Source: Bacteroidota bacterium (lineage in GTDB: Bacteria > Bacteroidota > Bacteroidia > Sphingobacteriales > Sphingobacteriaceae). Taken from it: a stretch of DNA of 64,000 nucleotides. Each line of letters opens with the position of its first letter. Positions within the stretch are counted from its first letter, which is position 1. The stretch is taken from the NCBI GenBank assembly GCA_013286235.1, contig JABDGE010000010.1, forward strand, positions 673-64,672. Direction: 5' to 3'. The notes beneath the pieces were generated by a model, which was not told the origin of the DNA, did no database searches, and worked only from the letters and a program-made list of their open reading frames with translations. Below, piece after piece: positions 19,901 to 29,038 of this stretch. A program made the position numbers and the translations under genes.

Positions 19901-20231
19901 GCCCTGACGTTGCGGTCACATCCTTGAACTTCCAGTTTCCTTCGTTAATATAAAGCTTGCACTCGCCCTGGTTTGAAGTAAAAAAAATATCGGGCTTACC
20001 GTCATTGTTTACATCACCGATTGCCACTCCGCCGCCATTATAAAAATTACGGTAGTTGAAATCATTAACGTCGCCGTCATCCTTAACCTTATTGTTGAAA
20101 GTTATGCCTGTTTGAGAAGACGGCATTAACTGGAATAATGCGTCTTCCGGATTTGACGCTTTTTTCTTCTGACAGGAAACACAAAAAACAAAAAGGAGAA
20201 ACAAAAGTAATCTTGAGGACGAAAGTCTCAT
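16929..20231 (-). CDS. FG-GAP/VCBS-repeat and ASPIC/UnbV (CRTAC1-like) lipoprotein, copy 2
   Basis: Lipobox CVSC; architecture collinear with copy 1 (NFYNGGGVAIGD, TDWSW, TRGFQSS, VVWP); ATG at 20231 sits just downstream of a -7 box. Confidence 0.9.
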   Translation of the reverse strand: MRLSSSRLLLFLLFVFCVSCQKKKASNPEDALFQLMPSSQTGITFNNKVKDDGDVNDFNYRNFYNGGGVAIGDVNNDGKPDIFFTSNQGECKLYINEGNWKFKDVTATSGLNKYHRWHTGVTMVDINGDGWLDIYISNAGGLGSADRANELYINQHDGTFKEEAAEYGLADKGLSTQAIFFDYDHDGYLDCFVLNNSYRPIASFGFNRSLRNVRDPLNGDRLYHNDGHGQFVDVSAEAGIYGSEIGFGLGIGAADLFNTGWDDMYVSNDFFEHDYLYQNLHNGKFKDVSDDDIMHMSLSSMGSDIADINNDGLPDIFTTDMLPEDDYRLKTTTKFDEYDVFNAKLKGEFHHQFTKNCLQLNNGDGTFSEIADLAGINATDWSWGALIFDFNNDGWKDIFVSNGISRDLTNQDFLRYFGSEQTKNEIKQTGFKAKTFLDKIPKTPITSYGFINQKDLQFKNESASLGFSTPAFSNGAAYGDLDGDGDLDLVVNNENGEAFIYRNMTSERTLAHYLKINLKGVGMNTFGIGAKVTIYTNGMQQLLEQQPTRGFQSSSEPVLNFGTGKYKKVDSLKVVWPNMKMQVLRNIATNQAITLKESEAKTDFVPPVNKTKPLYKNVTATSFTGDIAHKENDYKDFDDQRLIPKMLSTEGPKLAVADVNGDGLEDFFMGGATGDTAKLFIQQPNGTFVQKKEFAFEQDKGSEGIGALFLDATHTGKQDLIVVSGGNMEKEGSLNLLARYYQNDGKGNFTRRFIGWPPVSINASCVRLNKDNGDLFIGARSVPGAYGVIPPSKLLRNDGHGNFTDITATVAPELQNLGMVTDAQWADIDGSGKNALIVVGDWMPVTILKYVNGKLTKTGEIANSAGWWNCLTVADLNGDGKPDLVAGNRGLNSKIKADPDHPAKLYVSDFGNTGQVECIPVYYKTDGKAYPFNMYDDIMKQLPYLEAKFPRYDDYAGKSIEDIFTQGELDKASVLTVKQTQTCVFYNDGKGNFTMKPLPVRAQFSEVYSILVADVNNDGIKDIFLGGNFYALKPEVGRYDASFGVTLLGNSNHWFDYLPPANSGLFIKGEVRDIAPIDTKSGKEIIVARNNDALQLFKRN

Positions 20232-20239
20232 ATGGGGGA

Positions 20240-20247
20240 CAAATATA
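20240..20247 (-). promoter_or_regulatory. -7 promoter box inside the PUL
   Basis: TATATTTG, 8 nt before ATG 20231 and just past the susD terminator. Confidence 0.6.
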
Positions 20248-20254
20248 TACAACT

Positions 20255-20287
20255 AAAAATGGAGCGGTATTTTATCACCGCTCCATT
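20255..20287 (-). terminator. Intrinsic terminator after susD
   Basis: AATGGAGCGGT-loop-ACCGCTCCATTTTT. Confidence 0.85.
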
Positions 20288-20312
20288 CATTTACCTGGTT
20301 ATGGATATTTTA

Positions 20313-21842
20313 TTAATAACCCTGGTTTTGTTTTAAATTAGGATCTTGTGAAATAGCCGCTGAAGGTATCGGGTACAAGGCGGCGTGGTTATCCGGATCA
20401 ACCGGTTTAAATTGTTTGGCATCTCCAAAATGGCCAAAACGTATTTGGTCCTCTCTTCTCCAGCCTTCCCAAACAAACTCGCGTCCTCTTTCAGCGTAAA
20501 TACTGTCAATGGTAAATGCCGAAGCAGAAAAATTGCCAAGACCAGCGCGTACCCTTACCGGGGCTGTATAAGTTAAGGCTGTTGCGGTGTTTCCTAAACG
20601 ATATTGACATTCAGCCTGCATTAACAGCACATCCGAATAACGGAATAAAGAAAAGGCCGCATCCATACCCTGATATCCGTCAACAAGCTGCCATTTTTGC
20701 TGGCGCGCGCCATCATACTCCGTTGCAGGGGTGTTTTGCAAAAAGCCTTCAACCTGCGGCCTGAAATTAAGCACCAATGAGCTGTCGCTGCCCCTGGTTC
20801 TTAATGGCGTTACGCCGTCAGCCGCGTACTGGATACCTGTCATCCACCCTGCTTTTCTCGCATCTGCATTGTTAAATGTTTGGTAATAATCTGCATTTGC
20901 GCAATAGCCGTTCCATGGGCCGCCGGTACTTCCCCAATTGTATTTGGCAGCCTGGTTATAATGCATGGTCTCCATCTGAATATTTAACCCGGTAGCATAG
21001 ATGTGGTTATAGGGGATAACAAAAATGTTTTCAGTATTGCCGCTAATGTTACTGCTTGCAAAATTTGAAAGGAAATTACCTGTCAAAGTATAACCGGCGG
21101 TCTGTAATGAATCGCAATACTGGGAACAAGCAGAAAAATTGGCAGTGCCGGTGCTCCCGGTTATCCAATTTTGGTTCAGGTACAATTTTGCTAATAAAAA
21201 GTATGCGCCCCACTTGTTTAAACGGCCAAATTGGTTTGGGTCTACTGTTGGGGTGTTAGCGCTCAGCAATGGCGCGTCGGCTTTTAGCTCAGCAACCAGG
21301 GCCGCCCAAATAGTAGCCGCAGGAGTTGTTTGGGCCGTGCTGGCATCGGTATTTGATGATATGATATAAGGCACATTGCCCCAGAGTGTTAATAATTCAT
21401 AGTAAAAATAGCTGCGCAGCACTCTTAATTCTGCAAGGGAGGCTGCCGAAGTGCTTGTAGCCGGCAGGCCTTGCACCAGGCTGATGGTAATGTTGATCTG
21501 CCCTATACCTGCATAAAGAGTCGCCCAATCACCCGAGATCTGGGCGTGCCCGGGTAAATAAGTATGCGTCCATAGTTGTACGTGCTCACCGCCATCGAGC
21601 CAGTCGCCGCCTACCCTTACGGGGATGATCAATGCATCTGTGGTAGCTTCGGCATCCTCTATAAGACCAGTTGCAAAAGGCTGTAATTTAGTGTAGGCCC
21701 CCAACACAATTGAATTAAGGTATCGTGGCGTAATTGCAGTTTCTACCACGGTATCCTTGGCCGGGTTAAGCTCCTTTTTACAGGAATAAATGCTTAACGC
21801 CCCAAAAAGGGCCGCCGCAATAAATAAATATCTCTTTTTCAT
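20313..21842 (-). CDS. susD: SusD/RagB glycan-binding lipoprotein
   Basis: Lipobox IYSC; RSYFYYELL..WGNVP, RYSDVLLMQAE, ERGREFVWEGWRREDQIRFG, YPIP...QNQGY. Confidence 0.95.
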   Translation of the reverse strand: MKKRYLFIAAALFGALSIYSCKKELNPAKDTVVETAITPRYLNSIVLGAYTKLQPFATGLIEDAEATTDALIIPVRVGGDWLDGGEHVQLWTHTYLPGHAQISGDWATLYAGIGQINITISLVQGLPATSTSAASLAELRVLRSYFYYELLTLWGNVPYIISSNTDASTAQTTPAATIWAALVAELKADAPLLSANTPTVDPNQFGRLNKWGAYFLLAKLYLNQNWITGSTGTANFSACSQYCDSLQTAGYTLTGNFLSNFASSNISGNTENIFVIPYNHIYATGLNIQMETMHYNQAAKYNWGSTGGPWNGYCANADYYQTFNNADARKAGWMTGIQYAADGVTPLRTRGSDSSLVLNFRPQVEGFLQNTPATEYDGARQQKWQLVDGYQGMDAAFSLFRYSDVLLMQAECQYRLGNTATALTYTAPVRVRAGLGNFSASAFTIDSIYAERGREFVWEGWRREDQIRFGHFGDAKQFKPVDPDNHAALYPIPSAAISQDPNLKQNQGY

Positions 21843-21863
21843 AATAAATAAATTTATATGTTA

Positions 21864-24800
21864 CTATTTAACTGTAAGATTTAAGCCAAACGATAGTTGA
21901 CGGGTACGCGGATAAAGTCCGCCATTCCTTGTATCAATGCCTTGTGTTCCGGTCGTCACATTTTCATTTACTTCAGGGTCAACACCTTTATACGGCGTAA
22001 ACGTGAATAAATTATTTCCTCCTAAATAAAAGTGCAATCTATCAATATACTTGCTGTTGTTTACCTTAACTGTATAGCCTAATGTCGCGCTTTGTACTTT
22101 CAGGAAAGAAGTGCCTTGCCACCAATAGCTGGATGGCTCGGGCTGGCTGTTAATGCCTGCCGCCGTAGCCGAGGCAACAAGCGAATAAGTACCCACCTTG
22201 CCTGCAATGGTACTGTAGTCCATGCCGACTTCGTTAAACGCATGACTTCCGTAGTCGCCGCGCAAGAACAAATTTAGATCAAATTGTTTGTAATGAACAG
22301 CATTCGTAATACCATAAGTAAACTTTGGATCAGTCGTATAGTATCTTCTGTCATCCTCGCCCGGGGTACCTATGTTAAGTCCGCCTGCGGGTACTTCCGT
22401 TACGGCGCCACCAGGACCATAATGATAAAACATCTGGATGCCTTGCGAATTTATGCCCGCATAGGTAGGTAACAATAAAGTGCCCACCGGGTAACCTTGT
22501 GCTAAGTAGGCTATTTGACTTACAGCCCCGCTGATCCCTAATCCACCTGTGGCGCCCACCTGTGCGTAGGGTTCGATAGCCTGTGTCCCGCCTGGCAGCG
22601 TTCCGGACAGGTTAGTAATTTTGTTACGGTTTATAGCAATATTGCCGCCCGCGTTCCAGGAAAAATCAGCTGTTTTTATAATGCTCCCATTCAAGGCTAA
22701 ATCTATGCCTTTGTTATTCAAACTACCCACGTTTGCCAAAATGATGGGAACAAAAAACTGGCCACCTGTGGGTACGGGATAGTTGAACAATAAATGGTTA
22801 GTGTTAGCATTGTAGACATCCAAACTGCCGTTTAACCGTCCATTAAATAAGCTAAAATCTACGGCCACATCGGTAACCGATTTCTCTTCCCACCTTAAAC
22901 CTGGATTTTGGTTTTGAATAGAGAAGTTGGCGGGCAGCCATTTTCCGGTGGCCCCGTCATAATAAAGGGTGCTGCTGGCATTACCAAACAAAAGCTGTGA
23001 GGCATATGCGGTGATCGCATCCTGATCGCCCGTTTGTCCGTAACCGCCGCGAAGTTTCAAAGAGCTGATCCAGGTAACGCCTTTCATGAAATCTTCATTG
23101 CTGATGTTCCAGGCCGCGCTTACAGAAGGGAAAACTTCCGACTGGTTATCTAAGCCCAGTTTGTTGGACCAATCGTACCGTACAGTACCGGTCAAGTAAT
23201 ATTTGTTGTCGTAATTGTATTCCGCTCTTCCAAAATATGAATTCAGTTTATACCCATTATCATATGAGGATAAGTCTACTACGGGAGAAACGTTATTGAA
23301 CGAATTTAAATCTTCATAAGGTAAATTGACATCGTAAGAATCATGCGCTTCTATATGGAAACCGGAATAGCTATAACTATTAAATTCATAACCACCCAGC
23401 AAGTTCAACTTGCTTTTTCCAAATGTGGTTTTATAGTTAGCGGTAATACCAACTGTTTCAAGGGTTTCCGTGGTGGCGGCAAGATCTTCATCGCCATCCT
23501 GCTGGTCGGCCACGTTTGCACCGATTATGTCACCAAGCGAGCCAAGCAAATTGGAGGCCGGAATATAAATATGGCCGGTGCCGTTTTGCCTGGTTGCGTT
23601 AGCATAAGGGCTTATAGTTAAACCGGGGAAAAGCAAATAATCCAACCTCAGGTTCCCGACTATTTGATCGGTAGTGCCGGTGTTTATGATCTGTGCTAAA
23701 AACGGAACCGGGTTGTTTTCATCGGTATTGTTGATATATTGATATTGGCCCGGGGCGCCGCCTGGCTGGTATTCGCTGATCACCGATGGAACTGAAGCCG
23801 CGTCCTCCCATGCAGCGGGGTCGGTGAAGGCCGAATTTGCATGGTCAACCGTAAGGCCCATCGTTATGGTCAGTTTGTCATCCAGTGCTTTTTGATCGAA
23901 ATTAAAACGACCGAAAATATCTTTCCTGTCAGAGTTGATGGCGATACCCTCGTCGTCCTGATAAGTCACCGATGCCCTGTAATGGCTTTGGTTGGTACCG
24001 CCGGATACGGCAAGGTTGTGGCTTTGTGTAAACCCGGTGCGTAATAATGCTTTAAACCAATTGGTATTGGCGCCCTGGTTGCTGGTAGTGGTGGTACCTG
24101 TTGGCATTGAAGCGCCGTTATTAGCTTCCTGGAATGCGGCGAGGTATTGCGAAGCATCCATAAAGGGTATTAAATGCTCGGCTGACTCAGAGGCTACATA
24201 AGCGTTGTAGCTAACCTGTGCTTTTCCCGCCTTGCCCTGTTTTGTCGTAACTAAAATTACACCGCCCGATGCGCGCGACCCATAAATGGCAGCGGCAGAC
24301 GCATCTTTCAATATGTCGAATGATGCAATGTCATTTGGATCAACCGTACGGATATCCACCCCGGCAACACCGTCAACAACATATAACGGGTCGTTACCCC
24401 CAGTTAATGAAGCGGTACCGTGAATACGTACAACTTCGGGCTGATTTGGGTCGCCGCTGTTTGTGGATATCGTCACGCCGGCCGCTTTACCCTGCAGTTC
24501 CTGCAATGGATCGGTAGTTGCGCCCTGTACAAAATCATCCGATGATACTTTTACCGTAGCGCCTGTTTGGTCTTGCTTTCGCTGTGTACCATAACCTACA
24601 ACCAGCACTTCCGTAAGCGAGCTGTTATTTGCGTCGAGGGAAACGTTAACAACATCTCCCGTAATTGGTACGATTTTGGTCGCATACCCTATGTAGCTAA
24701 CCTTTAGGGAAGTTGACGATGCCGGTACTGACACTCTGAAAGCGCCGTTAATATCGGTAACTGCGCCTGCTGACGAGCCATTTGCTACAACGGAAGCACC

Positions 24801-24932
24801 TATTAAAGGCGAACCGTCCCTTGAGTCTGTTACTTTACCTGTAACTGTTTTGTTTTGCGCCATTGCGGGCAACATGAAAAAACATAACAGAATAGCAACG
24901 AAACCTACTTTTAGTAAAGTTTTAAATTGCAT
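21864..24932 (-). CDS. susC: SusC/RagA TonB-dependent transporter
   Basis: N-terminal extension, VVGYGTQ, PLYVVDGV, LKDASAAAIYGSRASGGVILVTTK plug signature, C-terminal YPRTRQLSFGLNL. Confidence 0.97.
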   Translation of the reverse strand: MQFKTLLKVGFVAILLCFFMLPAMAQNKTVTGKVTDSRDGSPLIGASVVANGSSAGAVTDINGAFRVSVPASSTSLKVSYIGYATKIVPITGDVVNVSLDANNSSLTEVLVVGYGTQRKQDQTGATVKVSSDDFVQGATTDPLQELQGKAAGVTISTNSGDPNQPEVVRIHGTASLTGGNDPLYVVDGVAGVDIRTVDPNDIASFDILKDASAAAIYGSRASGGVILVTTKQGKAGKAQVSYNAYVASESAEHLIPFMDASQYLAAFQEANNGASMPTGTTTTSNQGANTNWFKALLRTGFTQSHNLAVSGGTNQSHYRASVTYQDDEGIAINSDRKDIFGRFNFDQKALDDKLTITMGLTVDHANSAFTDPAAWEDAASVPSVISEYQPGGAPGQYQYINNTDENNPVPFLAQIINTGTTDQIVGNLRLDYLLFPGLTISPYANATRQNGTGHIYIPASNLLGSLGDIIGANVADQQDGDEDLAATTETLETVGITANYKTTFGKSKLNLLGGYEFNSYSYSGFHIEAHDSYDVNLPYEDLNSFNNVSPVVDLSSYDNGYKLNSYFGRAEYNYDNKYYLTGTVRYDWSNKLGLDNQSEVFPSVSAAWNISNEDFMKGVTWISSLKLRGGYGQTGDQDAITAYASQLLFGNASSTLYYDGATGKWLPANFSIQNQNPGLRWEEKSVTDVAVDFSLFNGRLNGSLDVYNANTNHLLFNYPVPTGGQFFVPIILANVGSLNNKGIDLALNGSIIKTADFSWNAGGNIAINRNKITNLSGTLPGGTQAIEPYAQVGATGGLGISGAVSQIAYLAQGYPVGTLLLPTYAGINSQGIQMFYHYGPGGAVTEVPAGGLNIGTPGEDDRRYYTTDPKFTYGITNAVHYKQFDLNLFLRGDYGSHAFNEVGMDYSTIAGKVGTYSLVASATAAGINSQPEPSSYWWQGTSFLKVQSATLGYTVKVNNSKYIDRLHFYLGGNNLFTFTPYKGVDPEVNENVTTGTQGIDTRNGGLYPRTRQLSFGLNLTVK

Positions 24933-25044
24933 AAAATTGGGTTTGAGGGTTTAATTGGGTTTATTGATTGTAAGTAAATTCTGGACCGACGTTGCTGTTG
25001 TTAAAATCGGTTAGTTTAACAAATGCTCTCCCGGCCATTAATCA

Positions 25045-25071
25045 TTAAGGTGGTGTACTTTCCTGGTTCAT
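25045..25071 (-). other. Upstream mini-ORF (MNQESTPP*) in the susC leader
   Basis: ATG AAC CAG GAA AGT ACA CCA CCT TAA, preceded by ATTAAAACT (A at -3, typical Bacteroidota initiation context). Confidence 0.4.
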
Positions 25072-25235
25072 AGTTTTAATTCCTGGTTATCGTTTGGTTA
25101 CATGGGTGACGATGCAGCCCGACTAAATGCGCCAAATACCGATTCAGGCACCTGGCTACGTTCCGGGCTAATTAATAATCTGCTAACTGGTTTATACTTA
25201 GGCACAATTATGGCTATCCGCGATAACCATCCCTA

Positions 25236-25361
25236 CAAAGTAACAGGGCCGTTACATCATTTCCTATTTGTATATTGAAAATTATAAAAAATATAAGATT
25301 TTTTAGTGTTAATGAACTGTTTTTCAATATATTAAAAACGCGCGGGGGTGAAAAAATATAA
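25236..25361 (-). promoter_or_regulatory. Putative susC promoter and regulator-binding repeats
   Basis: TTACTTTG near-consensus -7 box (25236-25243); 11-bp inverted repeat TATATTGAAAA (25271)/TTTTCAATATA (25321); direct repeat AAAAAATATAA (25286, 25351). Confidence 0.4.
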
Positions 25362-25489
25362 ACTTAATTTAACATTTCTGAATACTTATTTAACCCTAAC
25401 TACCCGGTATGCCGGGAGATTGCGTGAATGGTAAAAAATCAGGGCAATTGAAAAATGACCAGTGAGCGGGAACGATACCGATTGGCCTA

Positions 25490-27112
25490 TCAGGATTTGC
25501 TCAGCCCGTCGACGGCTTTAATGTCCATTATTTTATGGTCGAACTGATCACTCGGCACAATGGCTTTTGCCTTGATCCTCATTTTGTAAACATAGATGGT
25601 GTTTACCGAATATTCCAGGATGTTGGCAATGGTTTCGTTGTCGTTTATTCCAAGGCGCATCAGGGCGAATATGCGCAGGTCGGTATTTAAAACTTCGTGA
25701 TCTTTCGGCCAAATCTGATCTTCTTTTTTCAACAACGAATTAAATGTGCTGATGAAATTGGGGAATATTTTAAGGAAAACGTGATCGAAAGTATAAAACA
25801 GCGTTTCCCTCTCTTTCTTGATGTTGATCTCGTTTACGGTAAGCAGGATATCGTCGTATTTTTTTGTCGATACCCTTCTTTCGATACTGCGCTTCAGCTT
25901 TTCCAGCTTTAAAATATACCCTGATATGACGTTGAAAAAGTACCCGATATATTCTTCCTTGATATGGGTATCTTCGATCAGCCTATTGTTTATCTTCTCG
26001 AGGAGGATATTTTTTTCCTCGATAATGCGCTCTTTTTCCTTCAGCCTTTTCAACTGGATAAACACAATGAATCCCACAAGGGCTATAATTATTGCAACAA
26101 TCGCTATCAGCAAAAGGTAGATCAGAAACTTTTTCTTTTCGTTTTCGGTTATCAGGATCTGCTGCCGGGCAATGATAGGTAAAACGGCGCCTATCTGTAT
26201 TTTTCGTAACCTGGCGCCGTAAAACATGGCGTCGTCCATCGCCTGCTGAATCAGCGCATACCCGTCCTGTATATTACCTTCGAGGTAGAGCTGCTGCCCG
26301 AGTTGCAAGGCTGCGAGTGTTTCTTTTGTAGAAGAGCGAATATCGTTTATGGCTCCTTCGGTCATTAGCCGGATACGCTCATCCACCTGGCCGGGGGCCC
26401 TGTAAAAAAAGCTGAGGCCCGTTGCAACCATTGCCCTTTGATGCTGGGTAAGGTCATAGCTCCTCAAAAGCGTAATGTAGTATATATTGGGCTGCTGCAA
26501 CTTACCGGTTATCACCTGCTTATTTCCATCAAGATAAAGCCGGTTGAACGTCCCCGGGGTCGAAAGCGCGATCGCCGAATCAATGTATTTTACTGCTTCG
26601 GCCTGATCAAACGGCGCATAGCTTTTATCGCTATTGTATTGCGCAAGATCGGAATAGGCGCGTGACTTTATAGAATAATACTGTAGTTTATAATCATTGC
26701 TCACCACACCGATGTTTACCGCATTAAGGCTTTCAAAGGTTTCCGTAAACATCCCCGATGAGAGCAGCAGGAAAGCCACTTTTACCCGGCTTTCGTTCAA
26801 ACGGACTATATCATTGGTCTTCCTGCTGATGTTGATGAGCTTTTGTGTGTATACATAGGCCGAATCAAACTGGTAAACTTTGTATTCTTCGTACAACTTA
26901 TCACATACCAAATATTGTTGGGTATAATTGGTTGGCGCAATGGAAGCGAGCTGCTGTTTGAGCTGCCTGATACGTAACTCCTTTTGTCCGTCGTAGGTGT
27001 TCTTTTTTGTGAGCTCGATCTTTAAAACAGCTATCAAACTGTCCGTTTTATTAGAGGAAAATGCAGGACGAACGAACAATGCTATAAATAATACCGGCAA
27101 AAAAAGTCTCAT
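25490..27112 (-). CDS. SusR-like membrane-spanning transcriptional regulator (DUF6377)
   Basis: Signal peptide, TPR-like periplasmic domain (YKVYQFDSA), single TM, then IKEEYIGYFF, FDHVFLKIFPNF and LRIFALMRLGI..IANILEYSVNTIY HTH. Confidence 0.9.
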   Translation of the reverse strand: MRLFLPVLFIALFVRPAFSSNKTDSLIAVLKIELTKKNTYDGQKELRIRQLKQQLASIAPTNYTQQYLVCDKLYEEYKVYQFDSAYVYTQKLINISRKTNDIVRLNESRVKVAFLLLSSGMFTETFESLNAVNIGVVSNDYKLQYYSIKSRAYSDLAQYNSDKSYAPFDQAEAVKYIDSAIALSTPGTFNRLYLDGNKQVITGKLQQPNIYYITLLRSYDLTQHQRAMVATGLSFFYRAPGQVDERIRLMTEGAINDIRSSTKETLAALQLGQQLYLEGNIQDGYALIQQAMDDAMFYGARLRKIQIGAVLPIIARQQILITENEKKKFLIYLLLIAIVAIIIALVGFIVFIQLKRLKEKERIIEEKNILLEKINNRLIEDTHIKEEYIGYFFNVISGYILKLEKLKRSIERRVSTKKYDDILLTVNEINIKKERETLFYTFDHVFLKIFPNFISTFNSLLKKEDQIWPKDHEVLNTDLRIFALMRLGINDNETIANILEYSVNTIYVYKMRIKAKAIVPSDQFDHKIMDIKAVDGLSKS

Positions 27113-27230
27113 AATAATTGGTCTTACTAAGGCAAGGGACTTAGGGCTTAAAAATAAAATAAAAAACCCATTATCCATAGCAATTCCGCTACATATAAAA
27201 ATGTTCCTTCATCGGCGAAAAGGTGTGCGA

Positions 27231-28796
27231 TTACAATTGAGGGGGGTAATATTTGTCCAGCAGGTTTAGTAAAACGCCGTTTGTCCAGCCGAAACCATCC
27301 TGTAAGGGGTATTCTCCGCCGCCGGCTTTAACGTTGGTGTCGACCACGTCGTACTTTTCCATCAATTTACCGGTTTCGTTAAATACCTGCAGGTTGTTTT
27401 GGATCCAGTTATTTGCTATTGTCCGGGCCAGGTCGGTGCGGCCATATTTGTTAAGGCCATCAATGGCCATGTATTGAAGCGGCGCCCAGGCGTTGGGGCT
27501 GTCCCATTGCTGACCGGAGCGGTTTGATGTGGTTACCAGTCCCCCGGGCTTCATGAATTTGGCTTGAAGTTTCACTGCTATGGCAGTTGCCTGCACCGTA
27601 TCGGCTATTTTAAACTCAAGCGGGTAAACGCCGGCAAGGGTTTCAATTCCTGTGTTATGCTGTTCTTTCCAATCGTAGTCCATAAACCATCCGTGTTTTT
27701 CGCTCCAGGAATATTTAAGGATCGCTTTTTTGCGGGCCAGGGCCCTTGAAAGGTAAAGCTGGTATTCTGCCTGTTTACGTTGCTGCCGGTAGCCGGATGC
27801 GATGGAAAGTTCGAGGTGGTACAGTAAGCAATTCAAATCGACGGGAATGATATAAGTGGTTTTGATCGTTTCCAATTTTCCGTTGGTGTCCATCCAACGG
27901 GTGCTGAAATCCCAGCCTGATTCCGCAGCTGCGCGTATGTTGCGGTAAAACTCCTGCGGTGTTTCTTTGGTTAATTTGGCCGCTTCTACATCTTTTGTAT
28001 AGGATTCCTCCCTTGGTTTATCCGATTCATCCCAATAACGATTGAGTATCTCGCCTCCCGGCATCCTGACGGAATTGCGGTAAGCCTCACCGGGTTTCAG
28101 CCTGGCTGCGCCGGCCATCCAAAATTCATATTCTTTTAAAAGCTCCGGATGGTATTTTACCAGCACCTTGCTGCCCTGCTCTTTGGCGAGGATATCCAGC
28201 ATCATGGAGAAGAATGGCGGTTGTGACCGGGTAAGGTAATAGGTGCGGGTACCATTTGGAATAAATCCGTATTTGTCGATGAGATAAGCAAAATTGCTCA
28301 CCATATTCTGAATAATAACAAAGCGGTGGCTTTCCTGCAGGCCAAGCATCGTAAAATAGGAGTCCCAGTAGTACATTTCGCGGAAGCGCCCGCCGGGAAC
28401 AATGTAATCATATGGCAGGGGCAGCAGCGACGAATATTTTAAAGCTGTATCGTGCTGCCGGGAAAGGACCTGCCACAGGGTATCGATATGTTTTCGCACG
28501 CCTGTATTGATATCCGTTTTAAAAATAATCTTAGGACCAGCCGGGAGGGTAAAATTATCGGACACAAACTGCTTCAAATTAAAGCCAGGCTTGTCCTTTT
28601 CCCCGAGGTAATCCTTCATAATTTCGTCGGGGTCGCGTTTGGGAGTTGCATCAACGAAGGTCTTATTGTCCGGAAAAATACCCGACAGTTGAACGGCTTC
28701 AAATAAGCCCGGGAACAGCTGCCGTGGAGTAGCCGTTTGCGCCGTTGAAACCAGCGATAAAGTGATTAACGAAAGGGTGTACAGTATTCTTCTCAT
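27231..28796 (-). CDS. treA: Periplasmic alpha,alpha-trehalase (GH37)
   Basis: PGGRFREMYYWDSY, RSQPP, AESGWDFSTRW, QWDSPNAWAPLQ and GGEYPLQDGFGWTNG; Sec signal peptide. Confidence 0.95.
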   Translation of the reverse strand: MRRILYTLSLITLSLVSTAQTATPRQLFPGLFEAVQLSGIFPDNKTFVDATPKRDPDEIMKDYLGEKDKPGFNLKQFVSDNFTLPAGPKIIFKTDINTGVRKHIDTLWQVLSRQHDTALKYSSLLPLPYDYIVPGGRFREMYYWDSYFTMLGLQESHRFVIIQNMVSNFAYLIDKYGFIPNGTRTYYLTRSQPPFFSMMLDILAKEQGSKVLVKYHPELLKEYEFWMAGAARLKPGEAYRNSVRMPGGEILNRYWDESDKPREESYTKDVEAAKLTKETPQEFYRNIRAAAESGWDFSTRWMDTNGKLETIKTTYIIPVDLNCLLYHLELSIASGYRQQRKQAEYQLYLSRALARKKAILKYSWSEKHGWFMDYDWKEQHNTGIETLAGVYPLEFKIADTVQATAIAVKLQAKFMKPGGLVTTSNRSGQQWDSPNAWAPLQYMAIDGLNKYGRTDLARTIANNWIQNNLQVFNETGKLMEKYDVVDTNVKAGGGEYPLQDGFGWTNGVLLNLLDKYYPPQL

Positions 28797-29038
28797 TCAA
28801 ACATCCGGGTTTGGGTATTGGCAGCCGATAAATATAAGGGCATTCGTAGTCAAGAATGATTTTGTGCAGGCAGGTAGTATATTTATTTAACGATAATTTA
28901 AATAAATATGCATTAAAAAAAAGTTAGTTTTCTCTTTATCAATACCTTATAAATATATGGGTCGAAAAAAATATTGCGTTTTTTTTGACATACTGGCGAT
29001 ATATTTCCCTTTGCGCCACCTTTGATCCGTCAAAAAGC

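Noticed and set aside
20313-24932. Horizontal swap of susCD suggested by more A/T-ending codons
   Set aside because: Equally explained by high-expression codon bias; cannot be separated without a phylogeny.
25271-25331. Invertible (phase-variable) promoter
   Set aside because: The putative -7 box lies outside the inverted repeats and no recombinase is nearby.
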